Source of the DNA: a virus
DNA: 64,000 bases
Virus record (IMG/VR): IMGVR_UViG_3300023179_000011
Coordinates: 32,001 to 96,000 of that record
Reading direction: 5' to 3' (one strand)
This document shows positions 25,441 to 34,485 of the stretch, piece by piece (positions within the stretch are counted from its first letter, which is position 1; each line of letters starts with the position of its first letter). The position numbers and the translations under genes are program-made. Under the pieces are notes generated by a model that saw nothing but the letters and a program-made list of their open reading frames with translations, was not told the DNA's origin and did not search any database.

Positions 25441-26442
25441 CTACATCGACAACAAACGGCGGGACGGTACCAACTCGTTCATATTGACCGGTCGCGGCAT
25501 TTGCGCCGCAGTAGTTGGCGTGTAAAGATTTTGTCGCCGCCGTTCTGAACGCGACACGTTGTACGCAGCAAATTGCGTAATGTTTTCAATTATGGCGCCA
25601 GCAAACAACGAGTCTTCGTGTGTTTCCGCGCGCTCGTATCGTTGACTGTTTTGTTCGTATGCCGGCCTGAACATAATCCGACCGCCGGCTGCAACCGCGT
25701 GTCCCGTGAAAGAAATCAACGCGTTTAGCTGCTCGACATTAACAATAATCGCGTAATCAAGCACCTTCAAACGCGACAACTCAAATGTCGGATCATCCGG
25801 CTCGCGCGAGTAAATAGACACCTGCACAAGTTTGCTGCCGACTACTTGTGCTTTACCGGCAACAGTAACCCAACCAGTAATTGCTGAGTTGCTAACCTGC
25901 GCTTCGCCGCCTATGTAGGCTTGCCCGTCCAGTGATGTTTGAATTGCAATAGCGCGTCCCGAAATTCCGCTGTTTCCGCGTAAAGTGCAATTGATGACGC
26001 GGGCGTTATCGCGTACAAAAGCGTGCCCGTAAGCAGTCGTCGAGCCAGAAACGATGCCGCCGTAAATTTTTGCGTCGTTGCAGATCTGACAATTATCGCC
26101 AACACTGGCGCGACCGCTGATCCACGCATTTTGGTTCAACTGCACGTTGCCGCTTACATGCGCGTAACCACAAACATGTGCGCGGTGGTTTACTCGCACC
26201 CGACCGTCTATTTGCGCGCTGTGATAAACCTGCGCAAATTTGTTTACAAACACAGAGTCAGCCACTTTCGCCGTGTCGGCAACCCAGCCGTTTCCGTTAA
26301 CGTGGCGATGCGCGAATACGCGACCGTTGCCGTCTTTAAAATCATGCTTTGACGCCCGCTTCTTTTTTGGTTTAACCTCGGGCATCACAGCTATTGGCGC
26401 GTCCAGTACGCCGATAGCACCGTCTTTCTGTTCCTCCATCAC
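25441..26442 (-). CDS. Left-handed beta-helix (hexapeptide repeat) protein
   Basis: HRHVNGNGWVADTAKV followed by imperfect hexapeptide repeats (AHVCGY, AHVSGN, AWISGR). Confidence 0.75.
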   Translation of the reverse strand: MMEEQKDGAIGVLDAPIAVMPEVKPKKKRASKHDFKDGNGRVFAHRHVNGNGWVADTAKVADSVFVNKFAQVYHSAQIDGRVRVNHRAHVCGYAHVSGNVQLNQNAWISGRASVGDNCQICNDAKIYGGIVSGSTTAYGHAFVRDNARVINCTLRGNSGISGRAIAIQTSLDGQAYIGGEAQVSNSAITGWVTVAGKAQVVGSKLVQVSIYSREPDDPTFELSRLKVLDYAIIVNVEQLNALISFTGHAVAAGGRIMFRPAYEQNSQRYERAETHEDSLFAGAIIENITQFAAYNVSRSERRRQNLYTPTTAAQMPRPVNMNELVPSRRLLSM

Positions 26443-27386
26443 GACTCCATCGGAAGGACACGCCGTCTGGGCGCGTTTGTAATCATGTTGTCGAGCGCCG
26501 TCTTTACCTCACCCATTTGCTGCGTCAGGCTTTGACGCAAGTTGGTGTTCTTGCGCAGATCCGCAACGTCCACGCCGGAAACAATGTTGGTTGCCTGCTC
26601 AATGAGCCTGTCGAGCTGTGCGTTAGACCGCACGTTCATACGCCGAAAGTTTTCAGAGAACTCTTTGAAGTTCTCGATTGCCGACGCCTTGAACGTTTTC
26701 TTTGTGCCGTCGGGTTCGTCGGTCAGCCGTTCGATAAGGTGCGCGATCATGTCCTGCAGCTGCTCCGCAAACGCGTTTTCAGCCATGACTACCGCCGTTT
26801 CAAACCGATGCTGCACGCGCTGCTGCTCCTGCTGATACAGCTCAGGATTGAAAGTCATGAGATAGTTTGGCGGATCAACTGGCGGATACTCCCACCTGAT
26901 ATCAAAGACGCCTTCTAACGACGGCGGATAATCTGCCGCGTTATACAGATCGCCAAGCTTTTCGCGCGCGGCGGTTTTGATAGTTTCATACTCCAGCTGC
27001 AGATTTGCGGCAGCGGCGACCAGCTGCTCTTTATACTCGCGCATCCTATCCTCGAACGCGCCAATGTCAGACTGCTTGATTAGCCGAACACCGTCTTGCG
27101 GATACGGTAACGTCATTGAACGCCAATACGCTGACGCCTGACTCTTGAGCGTCGTAAGCACACGATACGTCGTGTTCTTAGTATCAATCAGGCGCTTCGA
27201 CGCTGTGACCAGATCAGTAGCCGCGTGAAACGTGTCAGCAGCCTGCTTGGTTTGCGCGTCCGAAAGTTTGCGCTGCGTTCCCAGCCATGAAAACGACAGC
27301 TTTACGGCGCCCATAGTCTGGCGTAATTCGCTTGCTGTTTGTTCAACCGCTGTATTTTCTGCGGACACTGTGTCTGTTGTATTCAT
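26439..27386 (-). CDS. DUF3150-like helical protein
   Basis: MGAVKLSFSWLG...ASKRLIDT...TLPYPQDGVRL...DYPPSL; family name from memory. Confidence 0.55.
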   Translation of the reverse strand: MNTTDTVSAENTAVEQTASELRQTMGAVKLSFSWLGTQRKLSDAQTKQAADTFHAATDLVTASKRLIDTKNTTYRVLTTLKSQASAYWRSMTLPYPQDGVRLIKQSDIGAFEDRMREYKEQLVAAAANLQLEYETIKTAAREKLGDLYNAADYPPSLEGVFDIRWEYPPVDPPNYLMTFNPELYQQEQQRVQHRFETAVVMAENAFAEQLQDMIAHLIERLTDEPDGTKKTFKASAIENFKEFSENFRRMNVRSNAQLDRLIEQATNIVSGVDVADLRKNTNLRQSLTQQMGEVKTALDNMITNAPRRRVLPMES

Positions 27387-27971
27387 TCAGTCTTCCTCTT
27401 CGTCTTGTTCAACGTTGGCAACCCACTCGTCGAGCGCAAACGCGTGTACAAGTCTTTTTGGTAGTTTTTCTAATTCAGCCAGATTGGTTGGCACGCTAAA
27501 CTCTTGAATGTCACCGTTGCTATAAATTCCGCAAAAACCTACGCCCGGCTCAAAGCAGTAGGCGGTGATATCAAAACTCTCAACAATACGCAGGTGGTCG
27601 AAAAATTGAATCGGGGGCGACCAAGCCGTATCGAAAACGAGTGTAATGTGCTTGGCTTTTGATGGCACGCGTTTTGGCGTTTGATCCGTCTCGCGCCCGA
27701 CATCCCATTTCGTACCCCAATGACCGACTTGCCAGTCGTACCAATTTTTGGCCCCGTACAACGCAATGTTTTGCTGCTCTTGTGCTTCTAGCGCGAGTTG
27801 CGCAGCAGACCCGGCAGGTCCGACGCAACCAGCGACTGTAGCTTTTAATTCAGCTGGGCACGGTAAAAACGTACCCATAAGACAACCACTGTTCCATGCG
27901 CGCACCAACTTGTGCAACTGCTCCGGGTCGTTGTGTTTAAACGTAACTTTGTTGGCGCACCAGTTAGGCAT
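27387..27971 (-). CDS. YubB/DUF1281 ferredoxin-like domain protein
   Basis: MPNWCAN...WYDWQVGHWGTKWDV...FDTAWSPP. Confidence 0.8.
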   Translation of the reverse strand: MPNWCANKVTFKHNDPEQLHKLVRAWNSGCLMGTFLPCPAELKATVAGCVGPAGSAAQLALEAQEQQNIALYGAKNWYDWQVGHWGTKWDVGRETDQTPKRVPSKAKHITLVFDTAWSPPIQFFDHLRIVESFDITAYCFEPGVGFCGIYSNGDIQEFSVPTNLAELEKLPKRLVHAFALDEWVANVEQDEEED

Positions 27972-28034
27972 GATTTGGCGTGCAATCCGCAGCTGCGGGG
28001 CGCTTCCGCCCCGCAGCCGCAGTATTGCTAGCAC

Positions 28035-28571
28035 TTAGCCCTTTGCAGGAGCCGCGACGCGACGCGGACGTGACGACGTGACAGCCGGCTTACCAACACG
28101 CGTGTAAATACCGCGGTTGTCAGCCGACAGGCAGCGACCCTCAGCCCAGTTCCGCAGCCGCTCGATCTGCTCAGCCGACGTCACCGAAATCGGTACGACG
28201 TTCTGGGCAGCTTCGACGAGCGGGATATCAAGCAGCGCAGCGAGCCTGCAGCACGACTTGATCTCGGCGCCGGTCCAGTTGGCGTCGTCCGGCTTTTCCT
28301 GCGACGCATCGACACCGAAGTGCTTGAGGTAAATATCCCAGATCGCTGCGCGCTGGTCGGCGCCGGGCAGATCCACGAAGAAGATACCGTCGAAGCGCTC
28401 GGCGCGGGCAAACGGCGCCGGCAGCTGACTGGCGTCGTTACAGGTACCGATAAAAAACACATCCGACGTATGATCGTTGAGCCATGTCAGCAGCGTGCCG
28501 AACAGCCGGGCGGAGACACCCGAATCGGTCTGCCCGGAGCTTCCAACGCCAGCAAGACCCTTCTCGATTTC
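28035..28571 (-). CDS. AAA+ ATPase (Ycf46-like), exon 2
   Basis: Frame from 28571 reads EIEKGLAGVGSSGQTDSGVSARLFGTLLTWLND...FIGTCND...ARAERFD, with sensor 1 and Arg finger. Confidence 0.9.
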   Translation of the reverse strand, partial: EIEKGLAGVGSSGQTDSGVSARLFGTLLTWLNDHTSDVFFIGTCNDASQLPAPFARAERFDGIFFVDLPGADQRAAIWDIYLKHFGVDASQEKPDDANWTGAEIKSCCRLAALLDIPLVEAAQNVVPISVTSAEQIERLRNWAEGRCLSADNRGIYTRVGKPAVTSSRPRRVAAPAKG

Positions 28572-29380
28572 CGTTGATGTTACGAATTAGCCGTTTCCGC
28601 TAATTCTCCTGTATTTTCATACAGGACCAGACTATGTCATCTTGTAGCGTCGCACGTTGCATCTGTTGCACAAACCTTTTGATGCGTGCGGCGAAGTGGT
28701 TAGCCCGCAGGAAACGCACGCGTCGTATTGCGTGCTCCAGCGGCCGGACTTTAATAATTTTGGCGTGGCGTATTTTGCTGTGCGTGCCGCCTGTAGTTCT
28801 GTTTTGTGTTCTAACAAATGACAGCGTCTACAAACAGTTTCAAGATTGTTTAATGCGTTGTTTGGATTTTTATTTCCACGCCCTAAACGATCTTTGTGGT
28901 GTACGACAAGTTTTTTCTTTTTGCCGCAACGAAAACATTGTTGTTCGTCGCGTTCAATTACGGCTGTTCTTTTGCCGTTAAAATGTCGTTGTTCGCGGTA
29001 ATTTTTTCGATACTGCAAACAATCGGCATGGTTGTCGTAATACCATTGTTTTTTGGTTTCGGCTATGCGTTGATGATTCTTGTCGTCATTGCGATAGCGT
29101 TCCAAATAACAAATTTTGCACAGTTCTTTTGCCATATGCGGACGCTCAGTCAGGCCGCACGATTGGCAACAGGAACATTTTTTTGACCACATCTCAAAAC
29201 TCTACTACAAGGCCCCCATTTCGAACCCACTTGGGTCCTACGATCTTTCGATCTAGTCGTTGAACCTTCCAAGTATATGAGTACTTGGCTTGGCTGCAAG
29301 TTGCCCGGCTTACGCTGAGGGGTTTCTTGCAATTAAAGGGCTTTTCACTGATTTGTCGCCAAATCAGGGGACTGAATTCA
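28572..29380 (-). mobile_element. Group I self-splicing intron (809 nt, IA2-like) with HNH ORF
   Basis: 5' splice after U (GAT), 3' terminal G. P AATTGCAAGAAA, Q ACTTGCAGC, R GTTCAACGACTAGA, S ACATAGTC. P3 GCCCTT/GGGGGC, P7.1 and P7.2 hairpins, P9 CCTGTAT-GAAA-ATACAGG. Splicing restores VLFVD|E. Confidence 0.93.
28632..29192 (-). CDS. Intron-encoded HNH homing endonuclease
   Basis: RDEQQCFRCG...VVHHKD...NNLETVCRRCHLLEH; the stop codon overlaps the intron S element. Confidence 0.88.
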   Translation of the reverse strand: MWSKKCSCCQSCGLTERPHMAKELCKICYLERYRNDDKNHQRIAETKKQWYYDNHADCLQYRKNYREQRHFNGKRTAVIERDEQQCFRCGKKKKLVVHHKDRLGRGNKNPNNALNNLETVCRRCHLLEHKTELQAARTAKYATPKLLKSGRWSTQYDACVSCGLTTSPHASKGLCNRCNVRRYKMT

Positions 29381-30328
29381 ATCCACGAACAGGACGCACG
29401 GAGCCATCGCGTCAACCTGCTTGAGCGCGCGGCGCATGTTACCCTCGGACTCACCCACGAACTTACCCATGAGCGAACCGAAATCCAGCATTACGGTCGG
29501 ACGACCGACCTCATTGCCAAGTGCTTTGGCAAACTGCGACTTGCCGCAGCCCGGAGGCGACAGCAGGAGAACGCCCTTGGGGCGCTTGTCTACGTTGGTT
29601 TCTCCCTGCCGCCGCATAGCGCGCAGGCAGAAACTCTTCAAGTTTTCTAGGCCGCCAAGATTCTCGAAATTGGCGTCGCCACGATAGAGCGTCATCGTAC
29701 CGCTCTTTTCAAGCGTCTGCGCCTTGATACCCCAGATCGTATCGGGCGACAGCTTGTTGTTGCGTACCAGCGACAGCGCGAACGCATTCTCGGCTTCCTG
29801 CCGAGTCAGGCCGCGGGAGGCGTCAACCACCGCCGCAACTTCATGCTCGGTCGGCTTGGCGAACGGGGAGCCGTCAGGAAACAGCTCGTTGCAGACGGTC
29901 TTGAGTTGTTCCAGATCTGGCAGCTCGTGATGAACTACCGTAAACAGCTTCTCGACCTCGGGCTGCAGCTGCAGCACCGGCGCGACGATAATGATATGTT
30001 TACCTTCGCCCTTACCCTGCACGACGCGGTTTGCAAGTGCCTGCAGCACTTCCGGGTTGCCGAGAAACCGGTGAAAGTTCTTTAGCACAATAAGCATGGG
30101 CTGCTTGGGTTGCGGCTGATCAAGAAACCGCAACGCCTGCAGCGGACCGGGAGCCTGTGCGTTCCCCGAATAAAGCTGGCGGTCGATGTCCCAGACATCG
30201 AATCCCCATTCCTTCTCTTCCGTTACACGACGAATCGACGCAATCGCGTCGTCGCACTCCTGCGATTCAACCCAGATGCCGGAGAAGCCGGCGCATACCA
30301 GCTCCTTGATTTCTTTTTCGAGCGACAC
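29381..30328 (-). CDS. AAA+ ATPase (Ycf46-like), exon 1; spliced product about 494 aa
   Basis: Walker A SPPGCGKS; ends at CVLFVD. N-terminal degenerate AAA domain (LKNFHRFL). Confidence 0.9.
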
Positions 30329-30367
30329 TTGTGACCTTTGATGTTGTGTTGTGGGTACTAGTTACTG

Positions 30368-30559
30368 TCAGTTGCTTTCGGCGATCTGCTCGTCGTTACT
30401 GGTTGTGTAAAACTCGCCGGTTAGCTGCTCGTCTACCTTTGCGCCCAGCGCCTGCTCCAGCGCGCGGGTTGCGTCCTGACAAGAGCTGCCCGTAAAGCCG
30501 CTCGTTTCAATCTTGGTGCCGCCCTTCGGGTCAACAATGATTTCGATAGTCTTCGACAT
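30368..30559 (-). CDS. DUF2997 family protein
   Basis: IEIIVDPKGGTKIETSGFTGSSCQDATRALEQALG. Confidence 0.85.
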   Translation of the reverse strand: MSKTIEIIVDPKGGTKIETSGFTGSSCQDATRALEQALGAKVDEQLTGEFYTTSNDEQIAESN

Positions 30560-30561
30560 GT

Positions 30562-30927
30562 TTAGAAACCTCCCGTCAGGCTGAGTTTGACCGAACCGTC
30601 CGGCAGCATTTCCTCAAACACCGAGTAGCCGCCCTTCTGCGCCTCATAAATCGCTTTCTCGACCGCATACGCCTGCAGGAACCTGTCCAGCTCTTCCTGC
30701 TTGCCCCACGCGCCGTTGTAGTTGTCATAGTTCGCGGCGCCGGTTTCCGTATTGAACACAGCCGGGAACTGCCAGCCGGGAAGCTTTACAGCGAGACCGT
30801 CCGCCGACTGCCCGGCGAAAAGAACGTGATGACCGGCCTTCGGCGCCTCAAGGCCGAGACGCTTGCAGGCCGCTTCGACGGCAGCCGCGTCTTTTACTTC
30901 CGTCTTGATTTGAACGATATGAGACAT
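30562..30927 (-). CDS. DUF1257 (Ycf35-like) family protein
   Basis: MSHIVQIKTEVKD...FLQAYAVEKA...GYSVFEE..DGSVKL. Confidence 0.85.
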   Translation of the reverse strand: MSHIVQIKTEVKDAAAVEAACKRLGLEAPKAGHHVLFAGQSADGLAVKLPGWQFPAVFNTETGAANYDNYNGAWGKQEELDRFLQAYAVEKAIYEAQKGGYSVFEEMLPDGSVKLSLTGGF

Positions 30928-30928
30928 G

Positions 30929-31249
30929 TTAGCCTCGATGATCCTTTTCTTTTAGGTAGTGTTGAAGTGCGCACACAATTGTGCTTTCAAATATCTCGGG
31001 CGTTATGTAGTCAGTGCCCGCAAAATACGCTAATACTGCGACCGCAGCGTCGCGGTCATATATCGATTTAAAAACGCGCGGACCGTGCGGCGTGTCCAGC
31101 CGATACTCTGCGATGTCGTGTAGCGTAACGACTTCGGGTACGGCTATTATTTCGCCGTGTTTACGCCGCAACTCGTTTAATTCATCGAGTGCCGACAAGA
31201 TCCGTTCGCGATCGTCGTCGAAACTGCTCTCGTCGGTATATGGCGTCAT
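30929..31249 (-). CDS. Hypothetical protein
   Basis: Start MTPYTD overlaps the upstream TGA (ATGA). Confidence 0.6.
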   Translation of the reverse strand: MTPYTDESSFDDDRERILSALDELNELRRKHGEIIAVPEVVTLHDIAEYRLDTPHGPRVFKSIYDRDAAVAVLAYFAGTDYITPEIFESTIVCALQHYLKEKDHRG

Positions 31250-31554
31250 CGATACGCCACAACCTCTGCGCGCGTTTCCACCCAGACATGCGCGCCACAA
31301 GCAAGCGGAGCGTCAGGAGAGTAGACCACGCAAGACTTGCCGCGCACGTCTACGTTTTTTGCCGCGTACGTTTTGTTTCGCCATTTTATTGTTAGCGGCG
31401 GAACACGTATGTTTTGCTTTTTATTGTCGCGAATAATGTGCTGGTTAACGTGAATACGTTTGATCGTACCAGCCGGCATTGTCATTTCATCAGCGTCGCC
31501 CGGGAAACGCAGCGGAATACGGGGCTCAAGTAGGCAGACGTCTTCTGTCGCCAT
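31246..31554 (-). CDS. Conserved hypothetical phage protein
   Basis: IHVNQHII...PPLTIK...VVYSPDAPLACGAHVWVET. Confidence 0.7.
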   Translation of the reverse strand: MATEDVCLLEPRIPLRFPGDADEMTMPAGTIKRIHVNQHIIRDNKKQNIRVPPLTIKWRNKTYAAKNVDVRGKSCVVYSPDAPLACGAHVWVETRAEVVAYR

Positions 31555-31570
31555 TGGTAAAGATATTTAT

Positions 31571-31610
31571 CCGCGTCGGTGCGGTCGTCCGTGACCGCCA
31601 CCGCCCGCGG
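31571..31610 (-). terminator. GC-rich hairpin, probable terminator
   Basis: CCGCG/CGCGG, CGGTG/CACCG and GCGGTC/GACCGC arms just after the 31620 stop; weak U-tract. Confidence 0.45.
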
Positions 31611-31619
31611 AAAACTTTA

Positions 31620-32498
31620 CTAAGACATCATGGAGCGCAGCTGCTTGTGCTCCGCCAAGATTTCTCCGGCGGTGTCGTAGCAACCGTCGCACGCCGCCAG
31701 AAACGCCGTGGCAGCCTTCAGCTGGTCCATCGGCAGCGTTGTCGAGCCGGTCGGGCCCTTCGCTACCGGGCGCTTCGGCGCAACCTTGGCGGGTTCCGCC
31801 TTGGCGTGCTTCCTACGCGCCGCGTCGCGGCTACGTTCTTCTCCGGCCGCAACAGCAGTCGCCGGGCCGCGCTTTCCAGAAGCGACGCCCGCCTTTTTCA
31901 ACAGCTGGCTCACCTGAGCCGGGCTGACCGTTACACGCTTCTTGGCGAGCGCTGCCACGATATCAACACCGCGGAGCGAATCGCCAGACTCCTGCCGACG
32001 CTCGATCTCCTCGCGGATGTGATCGGCGCCGCTCTTCTTCTCGGCCATGTCCTTCACCTTCCTTTTTGTGGTCTTCGTCGCCTTTGGCGATTCGACCGGG
32101 TCATCGTCTTCGTCGGCCTCCACAGCGGAGTCGACAGTATCGTCAGAAACCTCGTCGCCGTCTTCTGGCGCATATTCGGTTTCATCGTCGTCAGCATCCG
32201 CAATTTCGTCTTCGGGCAGTTTTGCTGCCGTCTCGCGGATGTCTTCATTACCTTCGTCTTCGTATTCGGTCTCTGCTTCAGCGTACGCAGCGTCGTCGTC
32301 GACCGAATCCTCTTCAAGCTCGGCGTCGACGTCCGCGTCGACCTCCTCGTCGTCATAATCTTCTGGCGTTGCGAACCGCATCCGTGTGGCTCCTTTCTCC
32401 TTCTTCTTCTCTTTCTCTGCAGGTGCCTTGCTGGTTGCGCCCGGCAGTGGTTTCCCCCACAGATTAGCCGGACTCACAAACTTTTCAGCCTTGGCCAT
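31620..32498 (-). CDS. Protein with long acidic tract and basic C-terminal putative DNA-binding domain
   Basis: About 85-aa D/E-rich segment, then KKSGADHIREEI...VAALAKKRVTVSPAQVSQLLKK. Confidence 0.65.
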   Translation of the reverse strand: MAKAEKFVSPANLWGKPLPGATSKAPAEKEKKKEKGATRMRFATPEDYDDEEVDADVDAELEEDSVDDDAAYAEAETEYEDEGNEDIRETAAKLPEDEIADADDDETEYAPEDGDEVSDDTVDSAVEADEDDDPVESPKATKTTKRKVKDMAEKKSGADHIREEIERRQESGDSLRGVDIVAALAKKRVTVSPAQVSQLLKKAGVASGKRGPATAVAAGEERSRDAARRKHAKAEPAKVAPKRPVAKGPTGSTTLPMDQLKAATAFLAACDGCYDTAGEILAEHKQLRSMMS

Positions 32499-32586
32499 AG
32501 CGTCCTCTCCTAAAGCGCCGCCAGTCGAAACACTTCGACAATGTGTGCGGCTAAATGAAAAATACACGGCCGAAAACAAAAATCAA

Positions 32587-33006
32587 CTAGCGTGACTTTT
32601 TTCGGCGTCGCGGTTTCTTTTTAACCGCGAGTTTCGGCTGGGTTTTCGCGCCAATGTTGTATTTTGGCGGGACGACGCAATTCTGCTCGCGCAGTGTTCC
32701 GTCATTTAAGTGGGGCCACTTTTCAAGCGAGTGGATCGCGCCGATTAGATTCCACGTGGCGTGCCCGAGATGGTCTTCAGACCGATCTCCGCCCAAGAAG
32801 TTGTAGATGTGCGCAATGGCATGATTTAGTAGATCTGCCACCGGCATTCCATTTTCCCAGTTATAGGGACCAAACTTTTCTGCACCTTCGTTATAGGTTT
32901 GTGCCAATGCGCGAAGACCTATTGGCGATATCAAGTCGTAGCGCACCGCGTCGCAATCTGCACTGCGTACGGCGCCTGTGGTGTACTCGTGGCGTTCGTT
33001 GCTCAT
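32587..33006 (-). CDS. dATP/dGTP diphosphohydrolase domain protein (DUF5664-like)
   Basis: RYDLISPIGLRALAQTYNEGAEKFGPYNWENG...HAIAHI...SEDHLGHATWN. Confidence 0.88.
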   Translation of the reverse strand: MSNERHEYTTGAVRSADCDAVRYDLISPIGLRALAQTYNEGAEKFGPYNWENGMPVADLLNHAIAHIYNFLGGDRSEDHLGHATWNLIGAIHSLEKWPHLNDGTLREQNCVVPPKYNIGAKTQPKLAVKKKPRRRKKSR

Positions 33007-33326
33007 TCGAGAAAACTTTCTGGCCGAAAGGCGAAATAGAAACGCGGATCGTCGTTGAACGCAACTGTGCCTCGTACGCCGTCCACCTTGCGAATTACGT
33101 GCACATACGGCGGATCGAAGTGTGATACCTCGAACGTGTCGAGCAGTTGCGCACTATTCCAGACTTGTTCGCCGTATTGCGTTTGCAGTACGGTGCGGAT
33201 TTCATCTGGCCCGCGAAGGGCAATCTGGTCTTTGATAACATTGCGCAGCATTACGTGCCCAATGTCCAGCGGGATCTGCGCGGCAAGTTCTTTAGCTTTG
33301 GGTGGTGTCGGCATTTGGTTGTACAA
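33003..33326 (-). CDS. Hypothetical protein
   Basis: 107-aa ORF. Confidence 0.7.
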   Translation of the reverse strand: MYNQMPTPPKAKELAAQIPLDIGHVMLRNVIKDQIALRGPDEIRTVLQTQYGEQVWNSAQLLDTFEVSHFDPPYVHVIRKVDGVRGTVAFNDDPRFYFAFRPESFLE

Positions 33327-33690
33327 GCTTGTCCAGTTCTTCTTTCTGTTGTTTTATTTGCTCAGCGACATGCGCCGCGTACTGGTCAAGCATCCGAAGC
33401 TGTCCGACAAGATCTTTGTGCACGTCGACACTGAATAGCGAGAGCCGCCGAAGCAGCATAAGCAAGCTGGCGGTGAACGGCGGCTCTTTGCTGCGCAGAC
33501 TTAGAAGGCCGGGCGGCGCATTTTCTGGCTGCGAAGTCCACAAGGGCACAAGGGCAAGACCGTGTAATTCTGGCACGGCAGCCATGACTTCGTTGCAGAA
33601 TTCTTCTCCGCGCCGCATAAACTCTACGTCGAACGGTAAACGGTCAGATTGAATTTCAGGTTGCTGTTCAGGTTGCTGCGGCGTATCCAT
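33292..33690 (-). CDS. Hypothetical protein
   Basis: 132-aa ORF. Confidence 0.7.
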   Translation of the reverse strand: MDTPQQPEQQPEIQSDRLPFDVEFMRRGEEFCNEVMAAVPELHGLALVPLWTSQPENAPPGLLSLRSKEPPFTASLLMLLRRLSLFSVDVHKDLVGQLRMLDQYAAHVAEQIKQQKEELDKLVQPNADTTQS

Positions 33691-33703
33691 TAAACATCCT
33701 TTG

Positions 33704-34051
33704 TTACTGCGCGTAGCGCGATTCTTTTGGGAGCATGCCGTCGATTACGTTACCGAGGCGTGTCGCGGCGAGACTGTACACCACTACGCGAATGGCAGTC
33801 TCGACCATACCGCCAATTCCTGTTCCTGCCAATAGCAGCAAAAACAGGTAAAATGGCGCGTGATATGACTTGCAAAACGGGCAATTGATCAGCTCTAAAA
33901 GCTTTCCCTTTGCCGTATTGTAGGGTGTCACATCTTGGAGTGCTTGCGCGTATGCTCGCGCCGTTTCAAACAGCGACCCCTTATGCCACACTTCGATGAT
34001 TGCCCCGGCGGCAAGTGTGACCGCTAAAAAGTCTAGAGCAGTTATTGTCAT
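33704..34051 (-). CDS. DUF1360-like membrane protein
   Basis: Hydrophobic segments and an ELINCPFCKSYH motif. Confidence 0.55.
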   Translation of the reverse strand: MTITALDFLAVTLAAGAIIEVWHKGSLFETARAYAQALQDVTPYNTAKGKLLELINCPFCKSYHAPFYLFLLLLAGTGIGGMVETAIRVVVYSLAATRLGNVIDGMLPKESRYAQ

Positions 34052-34230
34052 CGCCGTCTGCGCTTAGGTTGATTTGCAGTGTAGCCGTTCATAAAACAAG
34101 CGCCGCTATAGATTGCGCCAGCGGCCATAAGCAAGCCGGCAATACCGACCTGCGACATTGAGCAAATACCGGCAAAAAGCATTAGAGCAACGTAACCTGA
34201 AAAAGTTGCGTGGGAATCTGACTGCGACAT
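34048..34230 (-). CDS. Small two-TM membrane protein
   Basis: Two hydrophobic helices and a basic tail (PKRRR). Confidence 0.6.
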   Translation of the reverse strand: MSQSDSHATFSGYVALMLFAGICSMSQVGIAGLLMAAGAIYSGACFMNGYTANQPKRRRR

Positions 34231-34485
34231 TTATGGTGCCTGACTGTCGCCGTGCGGCCACACCTGTGTACGAGTTGTGTCCGGCGCGGCAGAATTGAAT
34301 TGATAGTAGGGTAGCGGCAACGGCGCCTCAAGTTTAAGATGGTTCACGGCATTATCCGGGAAGTAAACCTGCGGGCCGGGCCCGCGCCGGGTTCCTTCAA
34401 TGTAACGCTGTTTGCGTTCTTGATACAGTTTTGCAGAGCGTCCGACGTTAGCCATATAACCTCCAATAGTACGCGCTTGGGTCAC
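34231..34485 (-). CDS. Hypothetical protein
   Basis: 84-aa ORF. Confidence 0.5.
   Translation of the reverse strand: MTQARTIGGYMANVGRSAKLYQERKQRYIEGTRRGPGPQVYFPDNAVNHLKLEAPLPLPYYQFNSAAPDTTRTQVWPHGDSQAP

Noticed and set aside
28035-30328. AAA ATPase pseudogene, TGA readthrough or alternative genetic code
   Set aside because: The break is fully explained by a group I intron; TAA, TAG and TGA all act as normal stops elsewhere.
31479-32513. 344-aa plus-strand ORF and the Ser-rich ORFs within it
   Set aside because: Antisense to the acidic protein gene; low-complexity shadow with no motif.
33704-34230. Holin/spanin lysis cassette
   Set aside because: Two small membrane proteins are present, but no endolysin or lipoprotein signal is seen nearby.
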